Positions 38,890 through 41,441 of a DNA stretch of 41,441 bases are shown piece after piece. The translations under genes and the position numbers were made by a program. The notes under the pieces are model-generated. The model worked only from the letters and a program-made list of their open reading frames with translations, was not told the origin of the DNA and did no database searches. Position 1 is the first letter of the stretch; every line of letters begins with the position of its first letter. Source of the DNA: Malacoraja senta (Eukaryota); contig JAXLNO010000585.1 in the NCBI GenBank assembly GCA_038087875.1, positions 1 to 41,441 of the forward strand, written 5' to 3'.

Positions 38890-41024
38890 TTTAATGGAAT
38901 GCAACGGAAGGCATTTAAAGACTGCATGGATGAACTACAAAAATTGTTCATCCCAGTTTGGCAAAAGAATAAATCAGGGAAGGTAGTGCATCCGTGGATA
39001 ACAAGGGAAATCAGGGATAGTATCAAAGCAAAAGATGATGCGTACAAATTAGCCAGAAAAAGCAGCATACCGGAGGACTGGGAGAAATTCAGAGACCAGC
39101 AGAGTAGGACAAAGGGCTTAATTAGGAAAGGGAAAATAGATTATGAAAGGAAACTGGCAGGGAACATAAAAACTGACTGCAAACGTTTTTATAGATATGT
39201 GAAGAGAAAGAGATTAGTTAAAACAAATGTAGGTCCCTTGCAGTCAGAAACAGGTGAATTGATCATGGGGAACAAGGATATGGCGGACCAATTGAATAAC
39301 TACTTTGGTTCCGTCTTCACTAAGGCAGACATAAATAATCTGCCGGAAATAGCAGGGGGCCGCGGGTCAAAGGAGATGGAGCAACTGAGTGAAATCCAGG
39401 TTAGTCGGGAAGTGGTGTTGGGTAAATTGAATGGATTAAAGGCCGATAAATCACCAGGGCCAGATAGGCTGCATTCTAGAGTACTTAAGGAAGTAGCTCC
39501 AGAAATAGTGGATGCATTAGTGATAATTTTTCAAAACTCTTTAGATTCTGGAGTAGTTCCTGAGGACTGGAGGGTAGCAAACGTAACCCCACTTTTGAAG
39601 AAGGGAGGGAGGGAGAAAACGGGGAATTACAGACCAGTTAGTCTAACATCGGTAGTGGGGAAACTGCTAGAGTCAGTTATTAAAGATTGGATTGCAGCAC
39701 ATTTGGAAAGTGGTGAAATCATTGGACAAAGTCAGCATGGATTTACGAAAGGTAAGTCGTGTCTGACGAATCTTATAGAATTTTTCGAGGATGGAATTGG
39801 TAGAGTGGATAGGGGAGAACCAGTGGATGTGTTGTATCTGGACTTTCAGAAGGCTTTCGACAAGGTACCACATAAGGGATTAGGATACAAACTTAAATCA
39901 CACGGTATTGGGGGTTCAGTATTGATGTGGATAGAGAACTGGCTGGCAAACAGGAAGCAAAGAGTAGGAGTAAACGGGTCCTTTTCACAATGGCAGGCAG
40001 TGACTAGTGGGTTACCGCAAGGCTCAGTGCTGGGACCCCAGCTATTTACAATTTATATTAATGATCTGGACGAGGGAATTGAAAGCAACATCTCCAAGTT
40101 TGCGGATGACACTAAGCTGGGGGGCAGTGTTAGCTGTGAGGAGGATGCTAGGAGAGTGCAAGGTGACTTGGATAGGCTGGGTGAGTGGGCAAACGTTTGG
40201 CAGATGCAGTATAATGTGGATAAATGTGAGGTTATCCACTTTGGTGGCAAAAACGGGAAGGCAGACTATTATCTAAATGGTGGCTGATTAGGGAATGGGG
40301 AGATGCAGCGAGACCTGGGTGTCATGGTACACCAGTCATTGAAAGTAGGCATGCAGGTGCAGCAGGCAGTGAAGAAAGCGAATGGTATGTTGGCCTTCAT
40401 AGCAAGAGGATTTGAGTATAGGAGCAGGGAGGTTCTACTGCAGTTGTACAGGGTCTTGGTGAGACCACACCTGGAATATTGCGTACAGTTTTGGTCTCCA
40501 AATCTGAGGAAGGACATTATAGCCATAGAGGGAGTGCAAAGAAGGTTCACCAGACTGATTCCTGGGATGTCAGGATTTTCATATGAAGAAAGACTGGATA
40601 GACTTGGCTCATACTCGCTAGAATTTAGGAGATTGAGAGGGGATCTTATAGAAACGTACAAAATTCTTATGGGGTTGGACAGGCTAGATGCAGGAAGATT
40701 GTTCCCGATGTTGGGGAAGTCCAGGACAAGGGGTCACAGCTTAAGGATAAGGGGGAAATCCTTTAAGACCGAGATGAGGAAAAACTTTTTCACACAGAGA
40801 GTGGTGAATCTCTGGAACTCTCTGCCACAGAGGGTAGTTGAGGCCAGTTCATTGGCTATATTTAAGAGGGAGTTAGATGTGGCCCTTGTGGCTAAAGGGA
40901 TCAGGGGGTATGTAGAGAAGGCAGGTACGGGATACTGTGTTGGATGATCAGCCACGATCATATTGAATGGCGGTGCAGGCTCGAAGGGCCGAATGGCCTA
41001 CTCCTGCACCTACTTTCTATGTAT
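38890..41024 (+). mobile_element. CR1-clade LINE, 5'-truncated, near-intact ORF2 (reverse transcriptase)
   Basis: ORFs 38869-40287 and 40303-40947 are in the same frame, separated by one [38 protein letters not shown] and FADD motifs; 3' end CTCCTGCACCTA..TTTCTATGT. Lies downstream of the GPR139-like exon-1 donor. Confidence 0.95.
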
Positions 41025-41441
41025 CTAATGCAATCTTGAGATACTGACACGCTTTCCTTTGCCTCCCTCCTCCTCCCAGGTGCGACTGAAGCGAATGGTT
41101 CCTGCTGGGATCTGGCCCAGTTTCGCCCAATGTCACTGTGTCTGCGTAATGCTCCGTATAGGAACCATTACTGTCCCCAACAGACTTACACTGGCGCATT
41201 GGGCAATAAATAGACGGAGAACCCTGGGCTGATTGATTCACACTAACGCAACGAGCTTCCATAAAGAGCAGGACGAGGGTCTGTTCTCCAGCCCACACTG
41301 AACCAGATTCACAGTGAACCAATGAGCTAAACTCCCATGGTGAAGTGACCAATGGTCAGAAACCGGTCAGATTCTCTATCCGAACCCTCGTAACAGCAGC
41401 TTCTCATTTGTTCAGTAGTCGAGTAGATGCAGTTACTTTTA

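Noticed and set aside
41050..41215. Strong pyrimidine tract plus CAG at ~41079 as the acceptor of GPR139-like exon 2
   Set aside because: Downstream translation shows no NxxxIVILSRGKCGL similarity and soon stops.

Overview
Repeat-dense eukaryotic DNA, most likely from a cartilaginous fish (skate/ray-like; inferred from the CR1/HER1-type LINEs, V-SINEs and GPR139-like gene type). Most of the window is transposon-derived: CR1 LINEs (one with a nearly intact RT frame at 38.9-41.0 kb), tRNA-derived V-SINEs, Penelope-like elements with minimal hammerhead ribozyme motifs, Rex/Babar, RTE and Gypsy fragments, a Harbinger-type MITE and long microsatellites. Among the repeats is a complete 5-exon minus-strand gene (CDS 24778->12696, 276 aa: signal peptide-IgV-IgC2-TM-short tail) of CD2/SLAM/CEACAM-type architecture. 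Its IgV domain lacks the canonical disulfide but carries four non-canonical cysteines, and a MITE is inserted exactly at its predicted stop codon. On the plus strand are pieces of two tandem GPR139-like GPCR genes: a truncated exon 2 and an intact exon 1. Many of the short non-repeat islands between transposons (0.4-34 kb), including those in the Ig-gene introns and promoter, translate on the minus strand into eroded cadherin-repeat-like peptides, suggesting a fossil protocadherin locus under the present genes. That last call is made by eye and needs profile searches. Repeat boundaries are approximate.
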